Source of the DNA: Octopus vulgaris
Lineage: Eukaryota
Direction of reading: 5' to 3'
DNA length: 64,000 nt
Assembly (NCBI GenBank): GCA_951406725.2
Contig: OX597821.1
Coordinates: 26,474,001-26,538,000 of the forward strand
Below are positions 29,070 through 43,026 of this stretch, piece by piece. How positions within the stretch are numbered: position 1 is the stretch's first letter; the number at the start of each line of letters is the position of its first letter. The position numbers and the translations under genes are program-made. A model generated the notes under the pieces. That model saw only the letters and a program-made list of their open reading frames with translations, had not been told where the DNA came from and searched no databases.

Positions 29070-29544
29070 GGGAGAAAGGAAAATATTACAAGCTAGTGAT
29101 TATCATGCTATTTTGTTGAAATTTAGGCCAGATAATGTCCCGACTTATACCTCCATTCCACCTTTCCCCCTTGTGTATAGGATATCAGTTCACTTGATAC
29201 CAGTATGAAAATGCTTAAAGATTTTTCCATGCATGAATAAACATCTCAAGGCCTGTTCTAGCCTGGTATTTCGATGTAAAAATCTGGTGCATTTCTTCTA
29301 TGCACAAACCACATAACTTTTCCCCTGTTCTGTATAGTGTACCTGTACTAATTTTATCCCATTCTAACTCGCGTTTGTCTTAAGCTACCAGATGAACTTG
29401 CTTAAGCTTGTCCTGTTCATCTTATTTCTATCCTTAAACAACTTACGTGTTTGCCAGTCTCGATTTAAAGCTGTCGAGATCCCACTACCAATAGAGATGT
29501 AAGAATTTCCCCCCGATTTAATCTTACATCGATATATTAAGTTC

Positions 29545-29932
29545 GGATCTTTTCAGTTTGAACGGCAGTTTTTTCTAGCGGTGTCATATGAAATTGTCAC
29601 CCATAATTATGACCCTAGTATCGGGGTGGGAGGCAGGGTATCTTTTTTTCTTCACAAATGTAAATAAACCCAATCTGATTCTTAAACGAGGGACATATTC
29701 ATACGGCACAGAATGTTGTTTTTTTTTTACCTCAATAGACGTCACCGATTGGTTGAAATTTCAGAAATTGAAGAAAAAAAACCCAACAAATATCTTACAA
29801 ACTATAGAATTTTCTCAATAAAGCCAAGAGAAAAAGATGTTTTATAAACACATTCTACCAGTATACGAAGTTTAAAATCTTTTAGTTACCTAGAAATTAT
29901 GTTAAAAACTGCCGTTCAAACCGAAAAGATCC
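29545..29932. mobile_element. MITE with ~29 bp TIRs and an 8-bp TSD (Merlin-like)
   Basis: TIR GGATCTTTTCAGTTTGAACGGCAGTTTTT / AAAAACTGCCGTTCAAACCGAAAAGATCC; TTAAGTTC is duplicated at 29537-29544 and 29933-29940. Confidence 0.88.
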
Positions 29933-30977
29933 TTAAGTTCTTCCTCAAACTTTGTGAATCCAAGGGACAGATTTTAGTTTTCCATAATTACAAATATGTA
30001 ATCCCTTTTATCATTATCTATGTTAGTGGTGCTCGTATTAGATATATTCTATCGGTCTGCTATCATTTATATTCTGGCTACTGTCTAGGGTATCTAGCGA
30101 TTTCTCGGCCCGAGCCTGTCGAGATAGAGGTTGTGGTAGTTGCGTCCCCTGCGCTACTTCTCGGTTCTCTGGTGTTATCTTCCCCACTATTAATAATAGA
30201 CTAGAATAAACCTTGAGATGTTTAGATATGCAAGGAAAACCTTTAAGCACACATGTCAATATTAGGTAAATGCATAAATTTTTGGGTGTGGTCATTAATC
30301 TGATTTTGTATAATACAACATTCTGGTTTGGTATTTTTGACACTCAAGCGAAGATATGACAAAGGAAAATTACTTAACAAAGTCTGACGTGAACGCTTTC
30401 TTTCAACTTCGTAAAACCAACAACTTCTTTTTACCGAGAATAAATTTTACGATCTATAAATCTTATGAGCTTCTCTAGTTCCTTTTAAGTATAGGCTTTC
30501 AAAATTTACTTTTTTAGCTGTTACATGTTAACGGCATTTTTCTCCCTGAAAACAAAACAAAGAAATAGACAAATTAATTAACTAAAAAACAAACAAGCAA
30601 TTTGAAGTTTTCCACACGTACGCAGTTTAACCCTTTTATTTATAAACATTAAAATATTTTTTACTTAGCTTTCGATTTTAGTTGATCTAGAAGAAGGAGC
30701 TTATCCATGGATTTTGAGGAAGAAGCTGGCAATGCACTGTATAAACAGCAGAAGGAGGACGGCTTTTGGAAAAACATACGCAAGAAGGGAATTCTAAACG
30801 GCCGACGTTTGGAGAAGGAAGGAAAATGTACAGGGCTTGGGGGTTGAATACAGCACTGATAAAGAAAAGGAAAAAGTACTTGTGCAGATGGTCGTCACTG
30901 CTACCAAATCAGCATTAGTAGTAGTAGCAGCAGTAATAGTAGTAGTGGTGGTAGTAGTCCTTTGTACTATAAGCATG

Positions 30978-31360
30978 TGGAGACGCAATGGCCCAGTGAT
31001 TAGGGCAGCGGAGTTGCGGTCGTAGGATCGCGGTTTCGATTCCCAGACCGGGCGTTGTGAGTGTTTATTGAGCGAAAACACCTAAAGCTCCATGAGGCTC
31101 CGGCAGGGATGGTGGTGATCCCTGCTGTACTCTTTCACCACAACTTTCTCTCACTCTTACTTCCTGTTTCTGTTGTACCTGTATTTCAAAGGGCCGGCTG
31201 TGGCCCTTTGTGTCACGCTGAATATCCCCGAGAACTACGTTAAGGGTACACGTGTCTGTGGAATGCTCAGCCACTTACACGTTAATTTCACGAGCAGGCT
31301 GTTCCGTTGATTCGGATCAACCGGAACCCTCGTCGTCGTAACCGACGGAGTGCTTCCATC
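30978..31360 (+). mobile_element. Full-length SINE family B
   Basis: Near-identical to 24168-24547. Confidence 0.85.
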
Positions 31361-31519
31361 CACTATAAGCATAAGGGATGACAGTTTGAGAGGAATGGTA
31401 AGTCAACGACACCAGTGCGCAACTGGTACTTAATTCATTGACTCAGAAAGGATGAAAAGCAAAGCTGAGCTCGGCGGAATTCGAACTCAGAACGTAAAAT
31501 TGGAGCATTTTGTCAGACG

Positions 31520-32720
31520 CATTGCTCGACTGAGAGAGGGCTGTGAGCAACTTGATCAGCAATGAAGCAGAACAAGGATCGACGGTCATGCAGCGGTGGA
31601 TGACAAAAGCGATATATGCATTTTCCACTTCCACCCCACCTTTCACGAAAAGCTTCCACTTGGCCCACTTCTGGATGAGACAAGCCACCCCGATCGTACG
31701 TTTCTTGTAAACCTGGAGGTTCGGATCAAACCAGACCCCGAGCAATTTAACTGTTGCTTCCGTCCAGCGTCTTACGACGCTATTGGGCGGCATGGACCTG
31801 CGTCTCTAGGTACCGCCGACTTCTGATTAATCTTTGTTCCTGTCACTGCTTCGTACTACCTTAGGAAAGTGCTGATCACCTGAATTTCCGAGACATCCGG
31901 AACTATTACGGTGACGTCCTTCACATAAATTGACACAATCTTCTGCATCCTAGATCACGTGTGATGCGCATCGAAACACCCAGCTTCCGTAGCAGTCACT
32001 CGAGAGCCAGCTAGTACAGAGGAGGTGAGAGTGGGCATGCTTGGCGGACCGAAACACGCGTTAATAAGTGATTACAATCGTTGGTCCTCATCTTTGACCT
32101 CCGAGTAGACGTCGCCATATATTACCGCGATCTAACCTCTGAAAATAGGACCGAAACCTATCGCTGTGTTGGAAACCTCCAATTTTGATCCAAATCAATC
32201 AAGACTCCATTCATGCCAGATTCTTTACTTCGCATAGGCGGGGCCTACCTGATGTAGCCCGGAATGGATAGATCTGTTTGGGAAAGCGCATGTTTACTCA
32301 TAAGCGACCAGTATATCAACAATAACCTCTTGGCTAACACCTTGGTCAAAAATCTGTAATCTACGTTTATCAGAATTATGGGCCTAAAATTATTGATATG
32401 GTCCCTCTTGTACGGGCCCTTTCTCAGTAGCAACAACTTTACTCCTTTTGCTGCTGCCAACGTCCAGAATCACCACCCTACCGTCCGGGTCTAGGAAGAT
32501 CAGCCTTACCTTGATATCCAGTCCTTTCCGGAACAACAACACCTCTCCTCTCTCCATTCCAGGGGATGCGTAGATCACAAAGTTGTCAAAACTGGTTGCC
32601 GGAATCTTGGTCTTTACCACATCCAAGACCAGTGATCCGAGGTCGTAGAATAGGCGACCCTGCTTGCAAGCCCACCCCAGACCACGTACATCGACACACC
32701 TTTCTCTCAGAGATATCGGG
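31520..32720 (-). mobile_element. Older, deleted copy of the Tx1-like LINE
   Basis: VKLLGVWF.P.LQV and NFRPI.L.NVDYR.L.KVLAKRL; homologous to 21657-23510. Confidence 0.8.
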
Positions 32721-33224
32721 ATGGTAGGAGCGAAAGAGAAAGAAAAAGGGTCACCTACCTAGCGTTTATATTGCAAAGCAAACAGGAGCGTCTGCTTCCA
32801 TGCTTGCTTGGGGGTTCCACGGGAAAGTCTTTCAAAAGCCTAGTGGTAGCTTTGACCTAGGCAGACCCTGCCTCATAAGGAGAACCTTTCTTTCATTATC
32901 TTATAAGTTTTTAAGTGAGCCTAACCATTCGGAGGTCATAAGGGACTGAGATCTTGATTTGGGTTAAAGTTTTTCCTCCTCTTTCTATGTCCCCTCCTTC
33001 CTGCCATTAGATTTTAATTGTTTTCCCCGACTAGCACAAAGTCTGGCTATTATCTTCTGTATGTTTGAGTGCAGTTGTGTACTTTGTATTTGTTGCTGCT
33101 AGTGGAGATGGTGGCGACGGATGGTGGTGATGGTGGATGGTGTTATGTAGGAGGGTAGATGGTGATAATGGATGTTGTTTGTGGATGGTGGTGGTGGTTG
33201 TGAGTGGTGAGGATGTGTTTGTTG

Positions 33225-34943
33225 TAATCCTTAAAATGTCGTTGTTATAACGGCTACTTCGATATAACAGTATTGTTGTTAGGCCATTAAAGACACGACT
33301 ATCTAAGAACGTCTACTTCCTACTCTCTCCTTATATTGACCGACGCCACCTTATTCATAGCGACTAGAATATACCTCTCGTCACGTGGGAGGGGTGTACC
33401 ATTAATACTAATATCGCTACATCTCTCATTTTAAGTTTTTTTTTCTTAGGAAGTATAATTTTATTTCTTTTAATAACAGTAATTTTTATATCACTCCACC
33501 TCCCTTCTTTGAGTTTTTTTTCTTAGTTACACATTTAATATTTTTTTCCGTTTAGCATCCACATCGAGGACGTCCACAAATTTTTTCTTACGCATGTTCG
33601 CCTGGGTTCAATCGCCTGTAATGGCGTCGGTACTTGAAAAGTGTCATATAACCATTCCAATAGTTCTTCCGGTCTCTTGGGTTCGCTGTCAACTAATCTT
33701 ATTTTCAGGTGGTTCATGTGTCTCATGTATACGCCTTTTCTACTTTTTACCAAGTATAGCATTTTTACTATGCGCTTCGTAACCACGCCATCTTCCCGCT
33801 CTTATATGTCCTCACAAATACCTTTTCACAAATTTTGAAAAATCTTGCTGTATTTTCCCTTGCAATTTTTCTTCTCTTGCCCGGTAGCAATTTATCGAAG
33901 ACTGATTTTTACTTTCCTCTCAAACATCAGCTCCGATGGTAACATGCCTGCTGGTGTATTTGGATCTGGTATCGCACGGTACCAAATTGTTGTAGAGTTA
34001 CCTCATCCGTGTCTTCCTTATTCGACTTTCTTAGGGCTGTCTTAAACGTATCGACAAAGCATTCTGCTTGTCCGTTATAGCGCAGTAGTTATATGTTCAA
34101 CCGCGAACATTTTACAAAACTTTTTAAATTCAAAAGACACCAATTGTGTTCCATTGTCAAACACTATCGCGTCTGGGATACCAAATCTTGCAAACAGCTC
34201 ATGTAAAAAAAATTGTCGCAGTTGAGGAGGTTGGTTCTTTACACTTACAAATTTCTGTCCATTTAGAGAAACTATCAACTACCACTAAGTAGTATGAACC
34301 AGCGAAATCAACGTGTTGTCTCGACCACGGAACCTCTACTTTTGGCCAAGGTTCAATTTTTATCGTAGGTAATTTTGTCGCTAGAGTACATCCTCTACAC
34401 CCTTTCGCTAAATTTTCGATTTCTCTATCCTTTTTGGCCAGTACACGCAGCTACGCATTAAAGTTTTCATCCTCGAAATGCCAGGATATCCAACATAAAA
34501 TTCACTCCACATTTTCTTTTGTAGTGTTTCAGGTATCACTACTCTCTGTGCATACATCGGTACACCATCACATATTAATAATTGCTTCTACTATTGTTCT
34601 AGTAGCTGTAGCTGCTGCTGTTGTTGCAGTTTTTGTAACCCGAGCAAACCGGTCCAAAAATTTTCCATAATTTTACGATTTTTTCCCCGTAAAATTCGCA
34701 CAAAAAACGTTTGTGAGTTTCGTAAGTCCTTGTGAGTTTGTTAATTCCTCGTCACCACTGTTGTAACCTATGTCACTAATGTTATATTCCTTAAAGTACC
34801 GAATTATTACAACGTCCACTTCGGTATAGTAGTATAGTTACTGGACCAGAAAAGACACGACTAAGAACGTCTACTTCGTACCCTCCCCTTATACCGACCG
34901 ACGTCACCTAATTTATGGTGACTAGCATATACCACACGTCACT
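33225..34943 (-). mobile_element. Internally deleted Gypsy/Ty3 LTR element relic
   Basis: Integrase LHELFARFGIPDAIVFDNGTQ...EFKKFC. Diverged LTR-like repeats at ~33230-33385 and ~34760-34943. PBS-like TGGTGACGAGGA at ~34746-34757 (minus) and a polypurine tract at ~33492-33512 (minus). Confidence 0.8.
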
Positions 34944-36233
34944 ATTATCCCCAGAACAACGTTGTTGTTGGATCGGTAATACTTGTGGAGTGGTTTTATC
35001 GTTTACACCGGAGTAATTTGTATATGTTTTTATTTATTCCTTTATAATTTTTATTTTGATTTCTTTATTCATTGCAAGATGAGGTTGCTGAATCGGAAAG
35101 CACCGATTTGGACGGGGACAGTGGTATGCTTTCGTGTGTATGAGCGTCTGTTTTTGTGCATGTTGGATGGAGAGATGAAGAGAGAGAGAGAGGAAGAGAA
35201 AGAGGGAGAGAGAAAGAGGGAGAGGGAGAGAGAGAGAGAGATTGTGCGTGTGTGTGTTTGATTGGGATTTTCCTTAGGTGGTGGCTTTAGCTGCTGAAAG
35301 TGTCGTTGCTGCTGTGGCTGCTTTTCATGTTGCTGCTGCTTGTAGCCCTGTTGCGGATGTTCTTACCATTGCAAATATCGGTGCTGCCACTGATGCTATT
35401 ATTGGTGTTGGTGTGTCTTATTGTTACTTTTCTTTATTTCAATTTGCTCTTGTTACTGTTGCTGTTGTGCTTTTTACCACTTGTTGCAGTGATGTTTTGG
35501 CAGTAGTAGGGGTTCTCTCTTTCCTCTCGTTCTCTTGTGTTTGTGGGGGAAGAAATCCTTGAGGTGGTTGTTGGCCTCATATACAAGGCATCTGTTTTTT
35601 CCGCCTTCCACAACCATATCCAGCTCCTCCCAATTCAGGGAGATAGCATCTGCGATTTTTTCCAGACCTCTGGTTTTATATGTAGGAGTGTTTCCAAGTT
35701 GGCTCCAGAAAATATCTACTCCGCTCCTTGGACATCAAGTGGCGCATCATTCAAGATACAAGGCTCCAAATGTCGTATCCTGGTAGGATATTTTGAATTT
35801 TTATTCGGGCTGTACTTCAACCCAAGTGATGCAGATCGTGTGCGTCCGTCTTGACTAGGATATATACTAAATGTCCTTCCACATATTTTAAAGGACCCTT
35901 TTCACCAGAACATTTGATGCCGTCTCCAGGCAACGGCTTCTCTCAGAGCTGAACATGTGGCATACGGTTCTTCTTAACACATCGTTTGTGAAGTCTTCTG
36001 AGAGTTCTTTTAATGCCTTCCTCCTCTCAAACTTTCTATAACGTGCCACCTGCTCTAACCTACGCTGCTTGTCTTCTAGGGAGAGTTAGAACAGTTCTTT
36101 TTGTTTTACTACATTTGCGAAAGAGGGTTTGCAGTCATTGATGTTTGGTGAATTGCTGTTGTTGTTGTTATAGTTGTTGTTAACAACTATTGAAACTGAG
36201 ACTTACATAACTTAAGAAAAGGCGTCCACCGCC

Positions 36234-36261
<28 letters not shown>

Positions 36262-36267
<6 letters not shown>

Positions 36268-38726
36268 GAAAAAAGATGGTATAGGCACACACCAGAAAAG
36301 GTCACAGAAAACGAGAAAGCAACCATACTCTGGGATATGCCAATACACACAGATAGAGAAATTAAGGCCAACAGGCCAGATATAGTTGTCAGAGATCATG
36401 AAGGAAAAAATGCTTTCTAATTGATGTATCAGTACCAACAGATGACAACGTGTCTCTAAAAGAAGTGGAGAAACTTTTAAAATACAAAGATCTAGAAATA
36501 GAGGCAACTCGAATGTGGAATCTAAAAACAGAAACAATTCCTATCTTAGTATGATAAAAAATATTCAGACAAATACATAATAAAAACATCAGGACTTACA
36601 CATACATATAACATGCGAAAATTGCACTACTGTGCACGCACTGCACACATCCTACGCAAAAAACTTTCAATACAGTAACCATCAGAGCATCACAACAAAT
36701 CACAGCACATGCACAAGGCACACAGAGCTGTGCTCGGTAGTGAAGTGAAAGTACGCTATAAAAATAAAACTACTGAATAATAATAATGATAATAATAATG
36801 ATAATAATAATACGAAGAAGAAGGAGAAGGTGGGTCTAACTATGGCCTTGATCGATTACTGAAGGGCTAATGATAGTATTCTCCACACATAGATCTTAGA
36901 AATATTAACCACGAACATGTTAGCACCAATAATCATAAAATATATAAAACATTCCACGAATAAATGGCAGACAGTGTTACAGATGCAGACGAAAGAGAGA
37001 CTTTTAAAAACCAAGGCTATCCCCATTAGAAGAAGAATATTCCCGGAAAACACACTCTCACCACTCATTTTCTGCTAGGCACTGACACCTTTATCTTATA
37101 TGTTAATCAGAATTGGATGTGGATACAACTGTTACGGCAAAACAGTCAGCCACCTCTTATATAGGGATGGTTTAAAACTGTACGCTACAAATGATAAACA
37201 GCTAGAAACATTACTACAGATAGTTGGTGGATTTACTAAAGAAATAAACATGAAATTTGGCTTAGAAAAATGTGCAAAAGCAACTTTGAAAAGAGGAAAA
37301 CTAGTTAAGACTAGCAACATCACACTAAATAAAACAAATGAAATAAGAGAATTAGACCAAAGCCAGACATACAAATACTCAGGAATCAATAAACTAGATA
37401 CAACACGCACAAATAAAAGAGAAAATAAAAAAGAATACTATAGATGAGTTAGATTGACACTGAAAACACAGCTCAATGCGAAAAACAAGATAATAGCTAT
37501 CAACACTCTAGCCGTCCCAGTTAGAGCTACAATTTCCTTAACTGGACTGTAAAGGAACTAACCAAAATAGAAAGGAAGACAAGAAATATAATGACAGGAT
37601 TTAGGATGCGCCACTCAAAGTATGGAAGGTAGTAGCGGCATTATACAGCTAGAAAACTATTACAAAATAACCACCATAGGACTACAAAAATACCTACTTC
37701 AGAAGCGAGGAAACCTAATACAAATAGCCACAAAACACGAAAAAACTCCCAGTTTTCAGGCTTTAAAGGAAACTGACGAATACAAAAAAGAAGTCATAGT
37801 ACCTAACAGCTATGAAGAAAAAGAAGAAACAACAAAAGCTGTTGTAAAATCCGAACGGAAACTGGAACAGCAACGTATCAGGATAAAACGATGGCAAGAA
37901 AAATACCTCATGGCAAATACTGGATGAAACAAAACGCAAAACAATCAGACAGAGCAAAATCCCAACAATGGTTGAGAAGCTCAGGACTCAAAGCAGAGTC
38001 TGAAGGATTTTTAATTGCAGCACAAGACCAAAGCCTCCCCACCAGAAATTACCAAAACCATATAATGAAATGAAACATAACAAGTAACTGCAGAATACGT
38101 GGAGATGGACAAGAAACAATAAACCATATTGTCTCTGGTTGCCCCGTCCTAGCTAAGAAGGAATATGTTCATAGACAAGACAGAGTTGGGATCTACATAC
38201 ACTGGAAGCTATGCCAACACTATGGAATAACAACAGAAAAAAGATGGTATAGGCACATGCCAGAAAAGGTCACAGAAAATGAGAAAATAACCATACTATG
38301 CCAAAACACACAGATAGAGAAATTAAGGCCAATATGCCGGATATAGTTGTCAGAGATCACTAAGAAAAAAATGGTATCTAATCGATGCTCCAATACTAAC
38401 AGATGACAACCTTTCTCTAAAAGAAATGGAAAAACTTTCAAAATAGAGGCAACTTGAATGTGGAGTCTAAAAAGAGAAACAATTCCTATCATAGTAGGTG
38501 CATTAGCTATGAAAAAAATATTCAGACAAATAGATAACAAAAACACAAGGACTAATAAGTATATATAACATACAGAAAATGTCACTACTAGGCACCGCAT
38601 ACATCCTACGTAAGACACTTTCAGTACAGTAACAATAAGAGCATTACAACAAAATACAGCACATACCCAAGGCACACAGAGCTGCGCTCGGTAGTGAAGT
38701 GAAAGCACGATATAAACATAAGACTA

Positions 38727-38730
<4 letters not shown>
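36262..38730 (+). mobile_element. Two tandem 5'-truncated R4/Dong-like LINEs (36262-36777 and ~36850-38730), each ending in (TAA)n
   Basis: SHLLY.D.LKLYA, MKFGLEKCA, LKAESEGFLIAAQDQSL.TRNY and RPDIVV motifs; multiple stops. Confidence 0.88.
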
Positions 38731-38759
<29 letters not shown>

Positions 38760-39277
38760 CCTTTCTGCTAAAGGCACTAGGTTTGAAATTTTAGGGAGGA
38801 ACAATATTTACTCTTTTTACTCTTTTACTTGTTTCAGTCATTTTGACTGCGGCCATGCTGGAGCACCGCCTTTAGTCGAGCAAATCGACCCGGGAATTAT
38901 TCTTTGTAAGCCCAGTACTTATTCTATCGGTCTCTTTTGCCGAACCGCTGAGTGACGGGGACGTAAACACACAAGCATCGGTTGTCAAGCAATGCTCGGG
39001 GTGCCAAACACAGACACACAAACACACACATACATATATATACATATATACGACAGGCTTCTTTTCAGTTTCCGTCTACCAAATCCACTCGCAAGGCATT
39101 GGTCAGCCCGGGGCTATAGCAGAAGACACTTGCCCAAGATGCCACGCAGTGGGACTGAACCCGGAACCATGTGGCTGGTTAGCAAGCTACTTACCACACA
39201 GGCACTCCTGCACCTATATACGAACATTGCTAGTATTATTACATCTTCCCTTCTTACCCTCCCTCTCTATCTTTGTA

Positions 39278-39378
<101 letters not shown>

Positions 39379-39705
39379 CTCACACATAATTTATCATATA
39401 TACTATATTTACAACATATCTGAATGACACAAATGCTTTATCTGTTCAAATTATATCCTTACAACTTAATAGCAGAGAAACGTCCAAATACGTACTTTTT
39501 ATATTGTGAAGACGTCATAGTTCTAAGAACAAATCGGAATGTGATTTTATCCAACTCTATTAATCTTTTCTTTCCTTCTATTGTCGAAGCATATATAGCA
39601 TTTGTTTATGTATTATTGATGTATTTACTTCTTTTTTTATCATTGTGTTAATCTTTCAAAAATGACTCCTCCCCTCCACAGATACTTGGTAGATTAGTAT
39701 ATATA

Positions 39706-39785
<80 letters not shown>

Positions 39786-40695
39786 TTTAAGAGACAGAAC
39801 CACCTTCAAGCAACTCAATCCACATTGAACGACATTATCTATGATAGAGATATATAAGATAAAATTTTATGAAAATTAACATCTACAATTCTTATTCTGA
39901 ATCCTATATTAAATTATATAGACTACGCGCGTTTCATGACAATGTCTATCGGTATTCCTCTCATAGAAGGTCTCGAAATTCAATACCATATCAATCCGAC
40001 TATACTGCTAATCTTCAGGTCTGGATTATATAGAACTATTTTACTATTTACATCAAATATAAAGACATGACAATCAAAATTATACAACTAGAAATTGTCG
40101 AAATAATTTTTCATTACTAAATAAGGAACAAGAATGAGGAATGAAAAATAATAAAAATAAGAAAAAAGAATGTTAACTTATCTTTTTGGTAATTTCCTCG
40201 CCACGAATTAATCATGGCTTCCAAGTGAACAACGTATAATCCAACCTTGAGAGCTCCGGTGTAGGGGAGATAATTCTTACTAACATTTAAGAGTTCTTAA
40301 AATATGTTTGCTATTTTATATATTTATCGTGTAAGGCAAGTGATAAAAAGAAAATAGAAGCCGGAAATAAAATTAGCTACAATTTAGTCATAAGTTTTAG
40401 ATACAATTTATAATCATATTTTATTATTTTAGTATAACTAGAATATATTTTTTTCGTTTTTGGATTTGGTTTGCAAGATTCTTTATATGAGTTCGTGTGT
40501 TGAAGCATATTCTGTTGTGTATGGGGAGAGTCATTTTCTTTTTGTGCCTTATTATTTAACACACTCCACTTTTTTCTTATTTTTATTTTCCTAAAATTTT
40601 CGTTGCGTCTTGCAACCTTTTCAATAGTCTTGAGTCAAAACTATTGAAAAGGTTGCAAGACGCAACGAAACGCACAATCATATACATATACACAC

Positions 40696-40755
<60 letters not shown>

Positions 40756-41555
40756 TCGAAGGGCTTCTTTCAGTTTCTCTCTACCAAATCCACTCACAAG
40801 GCTTTGGTCTGCCCGAGGCTATAGTAGAAGACACTTGACCAGGGTGCCACACAGTAGGACTGAACCCGGAACCATGTGGTTGGCAAATAACCACACAGCC
40901 ACTCCTGAGGATATTTTTATCCAATACATTAAGTACGATAGACCCCGGCTTCTTCAGCTATGGTATGCTTCATGCGGATGGTACTCTTTGGTATTTTCTC
41001 TACACGATATTTCACGATATACATGCAAAAATAAAATTCAGGACAAATCCTGCTGGAAATGAATTAACATTTCACCTTGTTTCCGAAAAAATAAATATTA
41101 GATTCATACAAAAAAAAAAAAAGGAAGGAGCCAATTTCGATGCTTTCCAGTGCTTCCCATTCGCCAAAATATGCGATCTTCTACTTTGGATATAAAACAT
41201 TAATATAATATTTCAATTGTGTATTTAGGCGGTTGTTCTGATCTGACATTGTAATGTACGTGAAGGTGCTCTGTAGGTACTGCTTCTGTTGGCATTTAAT
41301 TAAAAGAAGAAGTTTCTATTTGTTTAAGTCAACATTTTATTTTTTGCTCCTATGTAATAAGAAATGTATTTTGCATTCTTATTACGATGATATAACCATA
41401 ATGAGGAAAGTCAAATGTTCTCTTACTGACGCTTAATTTTATGATTTGTCTCTGATTGTTTAGAAATTAATAAAAGCATAAATTTTATGGTTGTTTAAAA
41501 TGGTTCGTATTAATAGTTCCTGTTTTCTTTTTTTTTTTTTCATGTCTGGTTATAG

Positions 41556-41752
41556 AACAACACCAGTTGATAGAAATAAGAAACGTGAAGTTTGTGGTTT
41601 TTCAAAATGTCGAGTTACCTTCATACAAAAGAGGATTCGCAAATTTCGTATGAGACGATTCCTGAAAGATTGCGTAAGAGAGCTGAAAAATATCCAGACA
41701 GAGTAACAATTGTTTGCTATGATGCAGAATTCAAAAGGCACCAAATAACCAT
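41556..41752 (+). CDS. Shared (constant) first coding exon of an ANL-superfamily acyl-CoA synthetase-like (ACSF2-like) gene; coding part 41607-41752
   Basis: Poly-T tract and AG acceptor end at 41555. ATG at 41607 in an AAAATG context reads MSSYLHTKEDSQISYETIPERLRKRAEKYPDRVTIVCYDAEFKRHQIT plus AT, then the consensus donor GTAAGT at 41753. This resembles the SY..TI...L...A..YPDR...T N-terminus of ACSF2-like enzymes. AT|G joins in frame to every downstream cassette. Not in the ORF track. Confidence 0.9.
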
Positions 41753-41834
41753 GTAAGTATATGCAAAAGTGAATGAAATATTTGAACCCAAAATACGAAG
41801 TCTGATTAGTAAGTATACAAATTGTTGCCATAGT

Positions 41835-42300
41835 AATAAAGGTAAAGCATGCAGAGTGAAGCCGCTTGGCAAAAATTGACCTTGAACTCTGCTGTGCATA
41901 AGCACTAAGTTTTAACGTTTTAGTTCACCTCCGCTGTTTTCAGCAGTGCTTGGTAGGAAGGTGTGTAGCGTGTGATAGCCGCATTGATCATGACAGAGAA
42001 AGCCGTTATGGCGATACCTGCTCAGAGATCTACACAAAGTTGCAAAAAGTGTATGGAGATGGGTGTATGTGCCGCACATGAGTGTACAGGTGTTCCAGAC
42101 GTTTCCAAGATGGCCAAAAAAATGTCAATATTGATGAACGTTCTGGGAGACCAGCAGAACTGCGAAAAATATCGCAAATGTACGTGAAGCTCTGAAGGGA
42201 AATGGTCGAATCACCATCCGTGAGTTATCGGAGGATAGTGCACATGCACAGCAAAGTTCTGTGCCAAGTAACTTTACTCTGCGTTCTTCAGCTTCGTTTC
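41835..42300 (+). mobile_element. Internally deleted mariner element in the intron after the shared exon
   Basis: Inverted ends (~41838-41915 versus ~42237-42300). Transposase N-terminal remnants (VYG..CM.RT.VY.C..RF..G...I.DERSGRP). Confidence 0.75.
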
Positions 42301-43026
42301 TATGGCAAGACTTGATACTTATTGATCAGGCAACGCATGACAGAGCAGGTGACGTGCGACGTTCATTGTACTTGTGTTTGTATGCCAATATATTTTCTTT
42401 TGTGTAGAAGCATAAACATTCATACACGAGTGACGTATTTTCCTCTTAAATGTTTGGCGTACTTAACTTATGGTCTATCAGAAACGGAAATCGATATACA
42501 TTGTTTACACAGGAGGCTTACTAGTAGAGTATTTGAAGAATCGGAAACAATGCCTCGTGGTATTTGTTGCTACTTTCTATTTCTGCATTTAAATCGGATT
42601 GAGTTGATTGTCATCCTTCCAAGATTAATAAAAAGCTTCAGTCCCTGGCGGTAGATTTGTAGAACTGGGAAAATGTTGGCTCACATATCTTGCAGGATTT
42701 GTTCTGTAAATATATTTTTGCGTTCCGATTTTGTATGTCGAAACACTCTACTTGGCCGTAGATTTAATCCTCCAAATGGTATCACCATCTGGCGTCTTAG
42801 ATGTCTGTATCAGAGTCCGTTCTTGTGCATACATTGGGTCAGACTCCAGATTGAGGATATCTACATCAATTTCTGGTTAGTTTTCCTTGCTAGTTCAGTC
42901 AATTATCAACAAAATTCTCTGAGTCCTCTCAAGGAAATGCAGAAATATTAAATATATATAATCTACTATATTATGAAACTATGGATTTAGGAGCATATAT
43001 ATTAAATATGTCACTTTACTTTACAG

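Noticed and set aside
41491-41706. 71-aa ORF overlapping the shared exon
   Set aside because: Wrong frame; the ATG 41607 frame gives the family-like sequence and splices in phase.
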